Positions 53,971-63,601 of a stretch of 64,000 bases of DNA are shown one piece after another; position 1 is the first letter of the stretch, and every line of letters begins with the position of its first letter. The notes beneath the pieces are model-generated. The model was not told the origin of the DNA and made no database searches. It saw nothing but the letters and a program-made list of their open reading frames with translations. The stretch is taken from positions 11,989-75,988 of the forward strand of contig JACPKG010000022.1 in the NCBI GenBank assembly GCA_016187175.1, written 5' to 3'. The position numbers and the translations under genes are program-made. This stretch comes from Candidatus Saccharimonadota bacterium (GTDB lineage: Bacteria; Patescibacteriota; Saccharimonadia; Saccharimonadales; UBA10212).

Positions 53971-56900
53971 TCACCTATCTGCCTCTGTTGCAACGCTTTT
54001 GGTTGCTTTTCGGGCACCGGTACCAACGGGAATCAAACGCCCTAGAATGACATTTTCTTTTAGACCGTAAAGCTTATCAACCTTACCGCTGGTCGCAGCC
54101 GCAATTAACACGCGGGTAGTGTCCTGGAATGAGGCAGCTGATAAGAATGAGTCTGTACTTAAAGAGGCCTTAGTAATCCCAAGTAACAGTTGGTTGTACT
54201 TAATTAGCTTTTTCTTCTTCTTGGCAAGCTCCTCGTTAGCTTCGACGACTGCCAGCTTACTAACGATATCACCAGTAATGAACTCACTATCACCCGAGTC
54301 TTCAACTTGAACTCGGCTAAACATCTGATGAACGATGACTTCCAGATGTTTATCGGCAATAGTCTGACCTTGACTGGCAAAAATATAGAGAATTTCGTTC
54401 ATGATATAGCGTTGAGTAGCTTCGATACCCTGCAAGCGCATAAGTTCATGTAAATTAATCGAACCGTTAGATAATCGCTGTCCGGCTTCTACCGTGTCCC
54501 CGTCTTTGACCACAAGCTGTTTGAAGCCTGGAATCTCATAACGGACTACGCTCTTGCTGGTCGGTGAGATTGTAATTTGGCTGTCTTTAACTTTAACTTT
54601 ACCAACCATAGTGGCAGTCAGCGGGTCACCACCATCTTCGTTGGCAGCAATTACATCACCGATACTAATTTCATCGCCGTCTTTAATCTTGGGTTGGCGC
54701 TCTCCGATTGATATCTGTACCGGCTTTTGCTTCTTGGCGGTAACTTGGACGACATACTGGTCACCCTCGTCCCAGGCACTGACCGTACCAGTTATATCAC
54801 TCAGATAGGCCTGACCTTTTGGTGTACGGACTTCCAAAAGCTCTTCCACGCGTGTCAGGCCTTGTGTCACGTCATCCCTAGCAGTGACAGCGCCGGCGCG
54901 GTGCTTGGAGTCCAAGCTTAACTGAGTGCCAGGTTCACCAATACTCTGGGCAGCAATAACACCAATTGGATAGTCGCTAGCTACTAGCTCACCGGTTGCC
55001 AGGTCGATACCGTAAGATTTTTGACTAACTCCTCGTACAGAAGTGCAGGACAATGCGCTCATAATACTTACGCCACGAATCTGCTCGTCTTCATCAATAG
55101 CCTTAGCAATTTCGGGTGTGATTAGCTGGCCAGCCTTGACATACCTTTTGACATTTTCGGCTGCAAAACGGCCAACTAAACGCTGCCCAAGGCTAACACT
55201 TATTATGTCCGAGTCGGATCTCATGATCATGTAACCTGGGTCTTCAGCTTCATACTCAACAGTGAATACATCTTGGGCAACATCCACCAACCGGCGAGTC
55301 AAATAACCAGAATCGGCTGTCCGAAGAGCGATATCGATCAGTGACTTTCTAGTACCGCGCGTAGCCGTAAAATACTCCAGCGGCGTCAAACCGTATTTAT
55401 AGTTAGACCTAACGGGTAACTCGATAGCTCGGCCGGTAGCGTCGGCGAACATACCCAGCATACCGACGCTCTTTTTCATCTGAGATATATTGCCGCGGGC
55501 ACCAGAGGCGATAGCAATCGACATAGTGTTATCCTCTGCGGCAAATTGTTCGGCCAGAGCCTGTTCTACCTTGGTATCAATATCAGTCCATGTGTCGACT
55601 GTCAAGCGATAGCGCTCATCATCGGTGATGAAACCAGCGGCATATTGCTTAGATATTTTAGTAGCTCTGTCTTCGCCCTCTTCAACAATGGCCGGCAGTT
55701 TATGCAGGTCGGTAAAGTCATCCATACCAATAGATAAACCAGAGTATGTGGCATAGCGAAAGCCGAGATCTTTTAGGTCGTCGGCTATGATGGCTGTGGC
55801 GTCCTGGCCATAACGCTGATAAATCATAGCCATAACAGCATGTATTTTTTTATTAGTCATGGCTTGATTTTGATAAGGAAAATCTTCAGGAAAAATTTCA
55901 TTAAACATTAGCCTACCGAGTGTTGTGTCACGAACCTCGCCACGAAAAGGTACCAAAATATGACTCTGGAGTGACGTTGATCCACGATCTAGCGCCAGTA
56001 TTGCCTCCGCCAGACTACTGAACGGCTTGGCTGCTTGATTCTCGGTACCCGGACGCTGGTAAGTAAGATAGTAGCAGCCTAGTACGATGTCTTGCTCAAC
56101 ATGTAAGATTGGTGAGCCATCGGCCGGCTTTAAAAGGTTTTTATTACTGACCATAATTTCGCGGGCTTCGGCCTGTGCTGCAGCACCAAGAGGAAGATGA
56201 ACAGCCATTTGGTCGCCGTCAAAATCAGCATTAAAACCCTTGCAAACAAGCGGATGCAACTGGATAGCTTTGCCTTCGATAAGGACCGGTTGAAAGGCTT
56301 GGATACTTAAGCGATGCAGACTTGGTGCACGGTTAAGTAGCACGTATTTTTCTTTGATAACTTCATCTAACGCGTCCCAAACAACAGAGTCGCCGGCTTC
56401 AAGCATCCTGGTAGCACTTCTGATATTGTGCGCCAACTCCTGGTCAATTAAGCGACCGATAACAAACGGCTTAAAGAGTTCCAGGGCCATGGTCTTTGGC
56501 AGACCACACTGGTGCATTTTAAGATCCGGCCCAGCTACAATCACCGAGCGTCCTGAATAGTCTACACGCTTCCCAAGCAGGTTTTGGCGGAAACGTCCCT
56601 GTTTGCCTTTAAGCATATCCGAAAGCGATTTTAAGCGACGGCGTTGACCAGTGGCAGCAACAGCCCGTCCGGAACGAGCATTATTGTTATCGATGAGAGC
56701 ATCAACTGCTTCTTGCAGCATACGTTGTTCGTTCCGCCGTATCACTTCTGGTGCGTGAAGTTCCATCAATTTCTTTAGACGGTTATTACGATTTATAACG
56801 CGGCGGTATAGGTCGTTGAGATCAGACGTTGCAAAACGACCGCCCGTCAGTTGTACCATCGGTCTTAGGTCCGGAGGGATAACTGGTAGAACAGACACGC

Positions 56901-57780
56901 ACAGGCTTGATGGTTTAATGCCCGCACGCTGCATGCTTTCCAAAAGACGCAGGCGCTTCATGATTTTTTTCTTACGCTGGCCTTTGGCTACATCAGCCTC
57001 CTTAGTTAAATCAGCGATCAATTGGCTAAGGTCGACTTCTTCTAGTAAATCTTTCAAGGCAGCACCCCCCATACCGACAGAAAGTAAAGACTGAAGCTCG
57101 CCAGACAGATTGCGATAGTCGGTCTCAGAAAGAAGTCCAAATTTAACAAGGCCGGAAACTTGGTTTCGGAAAGCATCGACTTCCCTAGCCAGCTCCTCAA
57201 GTTCCTTACTTTTAGACTCTGATAATGTCTTAATAAACGTCGGGGCTTTCTTGGCCTCTATCTCGTAACGGGCTTTGATAGCTGCTTCCGAAGCGCTAAA
57301 GCTTGCTTCGCGGTCAGCTACAACTTTATTAAGTTTCTCGATGTCGACTCCCGTAATGATGTAGCTGGCAAAATAGGCTACCCGCTCTAAATTCTTCACG
57401 GTCATACCCAGTAGTAGACCAATGGCGCTAGGCGTACCGCGCAGAAACCAGATGTGAGCCACCGGACTAGCTAGGCTGATATGAGCCATACGTTCACGGC
57501 GGACTATGCTACGCGTAACTAACTCGCCATTTTTGTCTACAGCTGCCTCGCGTGAACGGACCCCTTTATACTTGGCATCATGCGGGTTGATATCTTTAAC
57601 CGGCCCAAAAATACGTTCACAAAAGAGACCGTCACGTTCTGGCTTTTGAGTACGGTAATTGATAGTTTCTGGCTTGGTAACCTCGCCGTAACTCCATTCT
57701 AAAATGTCATCAGGGCTAGCGATAGCTAACCGGACAGCATCGAAATCTGAAATGTTAGCACTGGATCTGTAGTGCCTCAC
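53971..57780 (-). CDS. rpoC: DNA-directed RNA polymerase subunit beta'
   Basis: Canonical beta' (NADFDGD). The start is set at GTG 57780, which has GGGAGG 6 nt upstream. The track ORF begins at an upstream GTG (57807) inside rpoB. Confidence 0.96.
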   Translation of the reverse strand: MRHYRSSANISDFDAVRLAIASPDDILEWSYGEVTKPETINYRTQKPERDGLFCERIFGPVKDINPHDAKYKGVRSREAAVDKNGELVTRSIVRRERMAHISLASPVAHIWFLRGTPSAIGLLLGMTVKNLERVAYFASYIITGVDIEKLNKVVADREASFSASEAAIKARYEIEAKKAPTFIKTLSESKSKELEELAREVDAFRNQVSGLVKFGLLSETDYRNLSGELQSLLSVGMGGAALKDLLEEVDLSQLIADLTKEADVAKGQRKKKIMKRLRLLESMQRAGIKPSSLCVSVLPVIPPDLRPMVQLTGGRFATSDLNDLYRRVINRNNRLKKLMELHAPEVIRRNEQRMLQEAVDALIDNNNARSGRAVAATGQRRRLKSLSDMLKGKQGRFRQNLLGKRVDYSGRSVIVAGPDLKMHQCGLPKTMALELFKPFVIGRLIDQELAHNIRSATRMLEAGDSVVWDALDEVIKEKYVLLNRAPSLHRLSIQAFQPVLIEGKAIQLHPLVCKGFNADFDGDQMAVHLPLGAAAQAEAREIMVSNKNLLKPADGSPILHVEQDIVLGCYYLTYQRPGTENQAAKPFSSLAEAILALDRGSTSLQSHILVPFRGEVRDTTLGRLMFNEIFPEDFPYQNQAMTNKKIHAVMAMIYQRYGQDATAIIADDLKDLGFRYATYSGLSIGMDDFTDLHKLPAIVEEGEDRATKISKQYAAGFITDDERYRLTVDTWTDIDTKVEQALAEQFAAEDNTMSIAIASGARGNISQMKKSVGMLGMFADATGRAIELPVRSNYKYGLTPLEYFTATRGTRKSLIDIALRTADSGYLTRRLVDVAQDVFTVEYEAEDPGYMIMRSDSDIISVSLGQRLVGRFAAENVKRYVKAGQLITPEIAKAIDEDEQIRGVSIMSALSCTSVRGVSQKSYGIDLATGELVASDYPIGVIAAQSIGEPGTQLSLDSKHRAGAVTARDDVTQGLTRVEELLEVRTPKGQAYLSDITGTVSAWDEGDQYVVQVTAKKQKPVQISIGERQPKIKDGDEISIGDVIAANEDGGDPLTATMVGKVKVKDSQITISPTSKSVVRYEIPGFKQLVVKDGDTVEAGQRLSNGSINLHELMRLQGIEATQRYIMNEILYIFASQGQTIADKHLEVIVHQMFSRVQVEDSGDSEFITGDIVSKLAVVEANEELAKKKKKLIKYNQLLLGITKASLSTDSFLSAASFQDTTRVLIAAATSGKVDKLYGLKENVILGRLIPVGTGARKATKSVATEADR

Positions 57781-57781
57781 T

Positions 57782-60700
57782 TTAAGCCTCCCGTCCCATA
57801 TCTTCACTTATGCTAATCATATCGGTCTCGTTCTCTACCCCTACGCCGCCTTCTGTCAGCGCTAGCTCGTCAGACACAGGATTCTCTAATACGTCGCTAT
57901 CCTGTAAGCTTTGATCCGGATTGGTGATGGTTGGCAGATGTTTAGCCTCGTCCTTAATATTACGCGCTAATATTTCTTCAGCATCTATTATTTTGTTGTC
58001 AGAAGTCAGTAAGTCAACTTTAAGACCCAGACCCTGGAGTTCTTTAACCAAAACATTAAAGCTTTCCGGTACCTTTGGACCCTGAATGGTCGTGCCCTTG
58101 ATAATTGACTCGTAAGCCTTGGCTCGACCGTAGACGTCATCAGATTTAATGGTCAGCATTTCCTGCAATGTATGCGCGGCTCCGTAAGCTTCCAGCGCCC
58201 AAACTTCCATCTCGCCAAAGCGCTGACCGCCGTTTTGAGCCTTTCCACCCAAAGGCTGTTGGGTCACCATAGTGTATGGTCCGGTGGAGCGGGCGTGGAT
58301 TTTGTCGCTGACCATGTGGTTAAGCTTAATGATGTACATGCTGCCGACGGTGGTGCGTTCGATAAATGGTTCGCCGCTGCGGCCGTCATAAAGCTGTTGC
58401 TTACCGTCCGCAGGCAAACCAGCTTGTTTTAGCAAATCCTGAATTTTATCAATCGGCACCCCGTTAAATGCCGGGCTGGCAACTTTGATACCGAGCGCCT
58501 GGGCTGCCATGCCAAGGTGTGTTTCGAACAACTGACCGATGTTCATTCTGGATGGAACTCCAAGCGGGTTGAGGATAATGTCGATCGGCGTGCCTTCTTC
58601 GTTAAACGGCATATCTTCTACCGGCAAGATACGAGCAATGACTCCTTTGTTGCCGTGACGACCGCCCAGTTTATCACCAACGGATATTTTTCGCATCTGG
58701 GCCACAAACACTTGGATCTGCATAATGACACCGGCTTTCAATTCATGGCCGGAGGCGCGGGAAAAGATTTTAACCCCAACAACTTTGCCATGCCGGCCAG
58801 TACTCATCCGCTGCGAAGTATCACGAACCTCTTTGGCCTTTTCGCCAAAGATAGCCCGCAGTAGACGCTCTTCGCTAGACAGTTCCTGCTCGCCCTTGGG
58901 CGTGATTTTGCCAACTAGAATATCGCCGGGGTGGACTTCGGCGCCAATTCTGACAATCCCGTCTTCGTCCAAGTGACGTAGCGATTCTTCGGACACATTA
59001 GGAATATCCCGGGTGACAATTTCCGGTCCCAACTTGGTTTCGCGAACCTCGGTCATATAATCGACAATGTGGATAGAGGTCAGGGTATCGTCCTCAACCA
59101 ATTTGCGCGAAATGATAATTGCGTCTTCAAAGTTATAACCAGCCCAGGGCATAAATGCTACTAGCAGATCTTTACCTAAGGCTAGTTCGCCACTCTCAAT
59201 GCTCATACCTTCAATTAAGGACATACCGGCTTTAACCTTGTCGCCACTGTCGACTACAACTACCTGATTAATAGAACTGCCCTCGTTGCTGCGCATAAAA
59301 TGCACTGGATTATAAGTCACTTTTCTGCCGTTCTTATACTTAACTACGACCTCATCGGCCGTAGCTTTCAAGACTGCACCATCGGCTTCGGCCTTAATCA
59401 GCTGACCGGTATTTTCGGCGACGACTGATTCCATGCCAGTGCCCACAATTGGACTACTGGGTTTAATTAGCGGCACGGCTTGACGCTGCTGGTTAGATCC
59501 CATCAAGCTACGAAGAACGTAGTTTTTTTCAACAAAAGGGATCAGTCCAGCACTGGAGCCAATACTTTGAGCTCGGCCAGCATCCATGTGTGTAACTGCA
59601 TTGGCATCGACTTCACCAGGCTCCAACCGGTTGCGCACACTGAGGCGATCTTCTTTAAAATAACCATTTCGATCGACTTCACTACCCGCACCGGCAATCA
59701 CAGCTTGTTCTTCCTCGGCGGCATCCAAATAGACGACTTGGCTAGTAACTCTAGCTTTTACAGGCCATGTCTTTTGGGTTTTAACGGCTGCCAGACGCTT
59801 AGCGGCGGCTGAGGTAATAGTGGCGCCGGCTTTGACTATAACTTTGCCCTTTTCATCTTCTAAGTTCAGCGCAGCAATATGGCCTAGTGCTTCCTTGGCA
59901 GTCACGGCGTTGATGACTTTTCGATAGGGAGTTTCTATAAAGCCGTATTCGTTAATCCGAGCGTAACTGGCAAGATTTAATACCAAGCCAATATTGGCGC
60001 CCTCAGGCGTTTCTACCGGACAAATTCGGCCATAATGGGTGGCATGAGCGTCGCGGACTTCAAAGCCGGCCCGCTCCCGACTTAAACCGCCAGGACCCAT
60101 AGATGACAATCGTCGTTTGTGGGCTAACTCAGAAAGAGGGTTAATTTGATCCATAAACTGGCTAAGTTGTGAACTAGCAAAAAATTCCCGCACAGCCGCA
60201 ACTACCGGACGTGCATTGATTAACTGAGCCGGTGTTACTGTCTCGATATCGGACATGCTCATACGGTCTTTAGCGTTCCGCTCCATCCTCAGCAATCCAA
60301 TACGAAACTGTCTCTGTACTAACTCGCCAACCAACTTTACCCGGCGGTTAGCCAGCGAGTCTATTTCATCGGCTGGTTCTTGTGTGGCATTTAAGCGGAT
60401 AATCTCGGCAATGATAGCCGTCAGATCCTCAATGCGCATCACCCGATTGGCGGGTATGTTGGGAGCTTTTAGATCGAGTCGTTTATTAATCTTATAACGG
60501 CCGACTTTGCCAAAGTCAAAACGCTTAAAGTTATAGAGCATGTTTTCAATCAGTGAGCGGGCGTTCTCTACAGTAGCTAAATCACCCGGACGCAATCGCC
60601 GATAGACTTCGATCAACGCCTCGCTTGTACCTTGGGCCGGGTCCTTTTCAAGCGTGGCATCAATATAACTGATTTCAGCTTGGTCAACGTGTTTAAAAGC

Positions 60701-61318
60701 AGCCTTTATCTGCTCGACGCTCATACCTAGCGCCCGCAGCAGCGTGGTAACTGGGATCTTACGTTTACGGTCAATCTTGACATATAACGCTCCGCCACTT
60801 GTCGTTTCAAATTCCAGCCAAGCACCACGAACCGGAATGACCTTGGCGCCATACAGTGAAATTGTGCCATGTGGTTCAGAAGTAAAAAATACACCGCTAC
60901 TTCTAATTAATTGACTAACCACAGCCCGCTCGGCACCATTAATTACAAAAGTACCCCTGGATGTCATCCACGGGTAGTCGCCTAAATAAATTTCTTGTTC
61001 TTTGACCTCGCCGGTAACCTTGTTGGTAAGCTCAATCACCGCCTTCAGCGGCGCTTCAAAGCTGACATTGTTGTCGCGGGCTTCGGCCTCAGTCAGTTTT
61101 GTCGCTTCAAAGTGATATTTCTTGAAGCGTAGCGACAACTTGGTGCCAGTATAGTCTTCGATAGGACTAACCTCCTCAAGCAGCTCACCTAAACCTTCGT
61201 CAACAAACCACTTGAACGAAGAGTTCTGATGATCTACCAGATTGGGCGGTCTTAAAATATCATCTTGCTTCGTAAAGTACTGGCGTGCTGGCGCTACGCC
61301 TGTTTTTTTTGCGCTCAA
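57782..61318 (-). CDS. rpoB: DNA-directed RNA polymerase subunit beta
   Basis: Canonical beta subunit; TTG start with GGGAG upstream. Confidence 0.97.
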   Translation of the reverse strand: MSAKKTGVAPARQYFTKQDDILRPPNLVDHQNSSFKWFVDEGLGELLEEVSPIEDYTGTKLSLRFKKYHFEATKLTEAEARDNNVSFEAPLKAVIELTNKVTGEVKEQEIYLGDYPWMTSRGTFVINGAERAVVSQLIRSSGVFFTSEPHGTISLYGAKVIPVRGAWLEFETTSGGALYVKIDRKRKIPVTTLLRALGMSVEQIKAAFKHVDQAEISYIDATLEKDPAQGTSEALIEVYRRLRPGDLATVENARSLIENMLYNFKRFDFGKVGRYKINKRLDLKAPNIPANRVMRIEDLTAIIAEIIRLNATQEPADEIDSLANRRVKLVGELVQRQFRIGLLRMERNAKDRMSMSDIETVTPAQLINARPVVAAVREFFASSQLSQFMDQINPLSELAHKRRLSSMGPGGLSRERAGFEVRDAHATHYGRICPVETPEGANIGLVLNLASYARINEYGFIETPYRKVINAVTAKEALGHIAALNLEDEKGKVIVKAGATITSAAAKRLAAVKTQKTWPVKARVTSQVVYLDAAEEEQAVIAGAGSEVDRNGYFKEDRLSVRNRLEPGEVDANAVTHMDAGRAQSIGSSAGLIPFVEKNYVLRSLMGSNQQRQAVPLIKPSSPIVGTGMESVVAENTGQLIKAEADGAVLKATADEVVVKYKNGRKVTYNPVHFMRSNEGSSINQVVVVDSGDKVKAGMSLIEGMSIESGELALGKDLLVAFMPWAGYNFEDAIIISRKLVEDDTLTSIHIVDYMTEVRETKLGPEIVTRDIPNVSEESLRHLDEDGIVRIGAEVHPGDILVGKITPKGEQELSSEERLLRAIFGEKAKEVRDTSQRMSTGRHGKVVGVKIFSRASGHELKAGVIMQIQVFVAQMRKISVGDKLGGRHGNKGVIARILPVEDMPFNEEGTPIDIILNPLGVPSRMNIGQLFETHLGMAAQALGIKVASPAFNGVPIDKIQDLLKQAGLPADGKQQLYDGRSGEPFIERTTVGSMYIIKLNHMVSDKIHARSTGPYTMVTQQPLGGKAQNGGQRFGEMEVWALEAYGAAHTLQEMLTIKSDDVYGRAKAYESIIKGTTIQGPKVPESFNVLVKELQGLGLKVDLLTSDNKIIDAEEILARNIKDEAKHLPTITNPDQSLQDSDVLENPVSDELALTEGGVGVENETDMISISEDMGREA

Positions 61319-61424
61319 ATACTAAACTCCCTACTCAATTAGTTTGCCGCGCGAAGCCCACTACGTTAGGCGTAACAATACTGTCATACACAGCAACGCC
61401 AAAGTACACTACTTCTTGCATACT

Positions 61425-61453
61425 AGAGTACAGAGTTAAGAGTTACGAGTCAA
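61425..61453 (-). promoter_or_regulatory. candidate rpoBC promoter TTGACT-17-TACTCT
   Basis: Minus sense reads TTGACTcgtaactcttaactctgTACTCT, about 100 nt upstream of rpoB and just downstream of repeat copy B. Confidence 0.4.
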
Positions 61454-61469
61454 GAGTTTTCTCATTCAT

Positions 61470-61551
61470 GAGGTCCGACCTTGTAAAAAGATGTGTAAAA
61501 TCTGGTGATTTTGCAAAAAAATCACTCTTGCTTTTTGCAAGGTCGGACCTC
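61470..61551 (+). repeat. GAGGTCCGACC palindromic element, copy B (82 bp, clpP-rpoB spacer)
   Basis: 21-nt arms GAGGTCCGACCTTGTAAAAAG / CTTTTTGCAAGGTCGGACCTC; inner hairpin GTGATTTT-n5-AAAATCAC; starts 8 nt after the clpP stop. Confidence 0.8.
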
Positions 61552-61558
61552 CCAAGAA

Positions 61559-62161
61559 CTATCTATGCTGGATGACTTTGTCGACCAAACCATATTTTTT
61601 GGCCTCTTCGGCAGTCATCCAATAATCACGGTCCACATCTTTTTCTATCCTACTGACTGGTTGGCCAGTGTTTTTAGCTAGAATTTCATTTAACAGTCTC
61701 TTGACCCTTATACCCTCCCGCAAGTCAATCTCCAGATCAGTTATTTTGGCCCGCTCAGCCGCCGCGCTGGGCTGGTGGATCATAACTGTAGCGTGCGGCA
61801 AAAGCAGCCGCTTGCCTTTGGTACCGGAGCTTAATAAAAAGGCGGCAGCACTGGCATTCACGCCAATGCCAACTGTTTGAACGTCGCACTTTACGTACTG
61901 CATGGTGTCGTAAATGGCAAAGGCGTTATAAACACTGCCACCTGGACTATTGATGTAAAAGATGATGTCTTTATCTGGATCCTGGTTTTCCAAGAAAAGC
62001 ATCTGAGCGACAACAATATTGGCTGTATGCTCGTTTACTTCATCGCCTAAAAAGATTACCCTGTCCTTTAGCAGACGACTGTAGATGTCATAAGCCCGCT
62101 CGTACCTACCTTCTTGCTCGATAACGGTAGGCACCAGAATCTGGCTAGTTGGTTTAATCAT
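61559..62161 (-). CDS. clpP: ATP-dependent Clp protease proteolytic subunit
   Basis: Canonical ClpP (catalytic Ser in GxSxA-like context, His and Asp present). The start was trimmed to MIKPTSQ (62161), because the track GTG (62191) would lie inside the promoter/terminator. Confidence 0.93.
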   Translation of the reverse strand: MIKPTSQILVPTVIEQEGRYERAYDIYSRLLKDRVIFLGDEVNEHTANIVVAQMLFLENQDPDKDIIFYINSPGGSVYNAFAIYDTMQYVKCDVQTVGIGVNASAAAFLLSSGTKGKRLLLPHATVMIHQPSAAAERAKITDLEIDLREGIRVKRLLNEILAKNTGQPVSRIEKDVDRDYWMTAEEAKKYGLVDKVIQHR

Positions 62162-62170
62162 ATAAGCTTG

Positions 62171-62198
62171 ATTATAATCAAAAATTAGCACTCGTCAA
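62171..62198 (-). promoter_or_regulatory. clpP promoter TTGACG-16-TATAAT, 9 nt before the ATG
   Basis: Minus sense reads TTGACGagtgctaatttttgatTATAATcaagcttatATG. Confidence 0.55.
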
Positions 62199-62211
62199 CC
62201 CAGAGTGCTAA
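62179..62211 (-). terminator. intrinsic terminator of tig
   Basis: Minus sense reads TTAGCACTC-n9-GAGTGCTAA followed by TTTTTG. It overlaps the clpP promoter. Confidence 0.6.
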
Positions 62212-62269
62212 TTTGTTGGCTCAATTTCTTCAGTAGGTATATCTACATCTCGACGGTAGACTTCAAATT

Positions 62270-63580
62270 TCAAGATTTTTGGGCAAACTCAACCAATCTG
62301 GCGACGGTTTTTTCGGTCATCAGGCGGGCAGCAATCTCGCGTTGGTTTTCTGGCTTATCCAGCTCGGCCTGCATTTGCGGATCTTGATATTGCCCTTTCA
62401 ATATCTGGATTCGGATTTCTAGCTCTTCTGGAGTCACAAAAATATTTTCCCGCTCGGCAATTTCGCTAAGCACTAATCCAGCTTTGACGCGTTGCTGCGC
62501 CTCCGGACGTTGCCTCTCAAAATGTCCTTCTGCCGTTATGCCTTCGGCATCCAGATGTTCTTGCCAAGTCTGACCGCGATACGCAAGATCGCGCTTTTCG
62601 TCCTCTTCGCCTCGGGCAATCTGCTCGTCAACCAAACTTTTGGGTACTTCTACCTCTGTTTTTTCGGAGATTTGTATAATTAGTTCGTTTTCGTATTCGC
62701 GGTCGGCTGGCATTTGTTTTTCGGCTTTCAGCTGCTTCTTGATATCAGCCTCTAGATCGGCCATTGTTTTAAACAGCCCAACTTTAGCAGCGAAGGCATC
62801 ATCTAATTTTGGCCTAGTAACTTCATTGACTTTTTTGACGCCAACTGTAAAGGTGACCTCCTTATTCCGAAGACCGACAGCGCCATAATCGTTTGGAAAA
62901 GTAATCGTGAAGTCATATTTACCACCAGCTTTGGTGCCTATTAGATTTTCTTCAAAGCCTGGAATAAACTTGCCGCTGCTACGTACCGTCTGGTGCGTGG
63001 CGCCGCCAAGCATGAGTGGATAGTCCTTGCCATCTGCTCCGGCAATTGGATCGCCCATTTTATCCTTACCTTCAAAGTCAATTACTACTTCATCGCCATC
63101 TTTAGCGGCTCGCTCAACTGCTTTGCGATCAGCTAGGCGCAGCCGCAAAGACTCGATCACACTGCTTATTTCTTCGGCCCTAATTTCAACCGGTTTTTTG
63201 ACCAATTTAATTTTTTTATAATCAGGTAGTTTGATCGGGCCAATAATTTCTAATTCTGCTTCGAATTCCAGATCTGTGAATGGTACAAACTTTTTTAGAT
63301 GAACTTCCGGCCGGCTGGCTGGCCGTAGTTTTTCTTGGTCAATTGCCCGCCCATATAGACTATTGAGAGCATGTTCGATAAACTCATCAGCCAGCGCTCT
63401 TTGATCAACGTGTTTTTCGATCAGCGCCACCGGCGCCGTACCAACGCGGAAGCCCGGCACTTTGACTTTGCTAGCAAAGTGTTTCAGCACATGGTCTTTG
63501 ATTGGCGTCAAATCAAACTGGTCAGCCGTAATAAGCAATTTCAGTCGCGTCGCGGATTCTTCGGTTTTCGAAATTCGCAT
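62270..63580 (-). CDS. tig: trigger factor
   Basis: Ribosome-binding N-domain with a GFRxGxxP-type motif (PGFRVGTAP), an FKBP-like middle domain and a C-terminal domain. Confidence 0.93.
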   Translation of the reverse strand: MRISKTEESATRLKLLITADQFDLTPIKDHVLKHFASKVKVPGFRVGTAPVALIEKHVDQRALADEFIEHALNSLYGRAIDQEKLRPASRPEVHLKKFVPFTDLEFEAELEIIGPIKLPDYKKIKLVKKPVEIRAEEISSVIESLRLRLADRKAVERAAKDGDEVVIDFEGKDKMGDPIAGADGKDYPLMLGGATHQTVRSSGKFIPGFEENLIGTKAGGKYDFTITFPNDYGAVGLRNKEVTFTVGVKKVNEVTRPKLDDAFAAKVGLFKTMADLEADIKKQLKAEKQMPADREYENELIIQISEKTEVEVPKSLVDEQIARGEEDEKRDLAYRGQTWQEHLDAEGITAEGHFERQRPEAQQRVKAGLVLSEIAERENIFVTPEELEIRIQILKGQYQDPQMQAELDKPENQREIAARLMTEKTVARLVEFAQKS

Positions 63581-63588
63581 ACCGCCAG

Positions 63589-63594
63589 ATTATA
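63589..63594 (-). promoter_or_regulatory. -10 box TATAAT, 8 nt before the ATG of tig (leaderless-type)
   Basis: Minus sense reads TATAATctggcggtATG. Confidence 0.5.
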
Positions 63595-63601
63595 GCTCAG
63601 A

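Noticed and set aside
57781-57807. Upstream GTG start of rpoC overlapping rpoB by 26 nt
   Set aside because: It has no RBS. The GTG at 57780 lies 6 nt after GGGAGG and directly after the rpoB stop. The longer form cannot be excluded without protein data.
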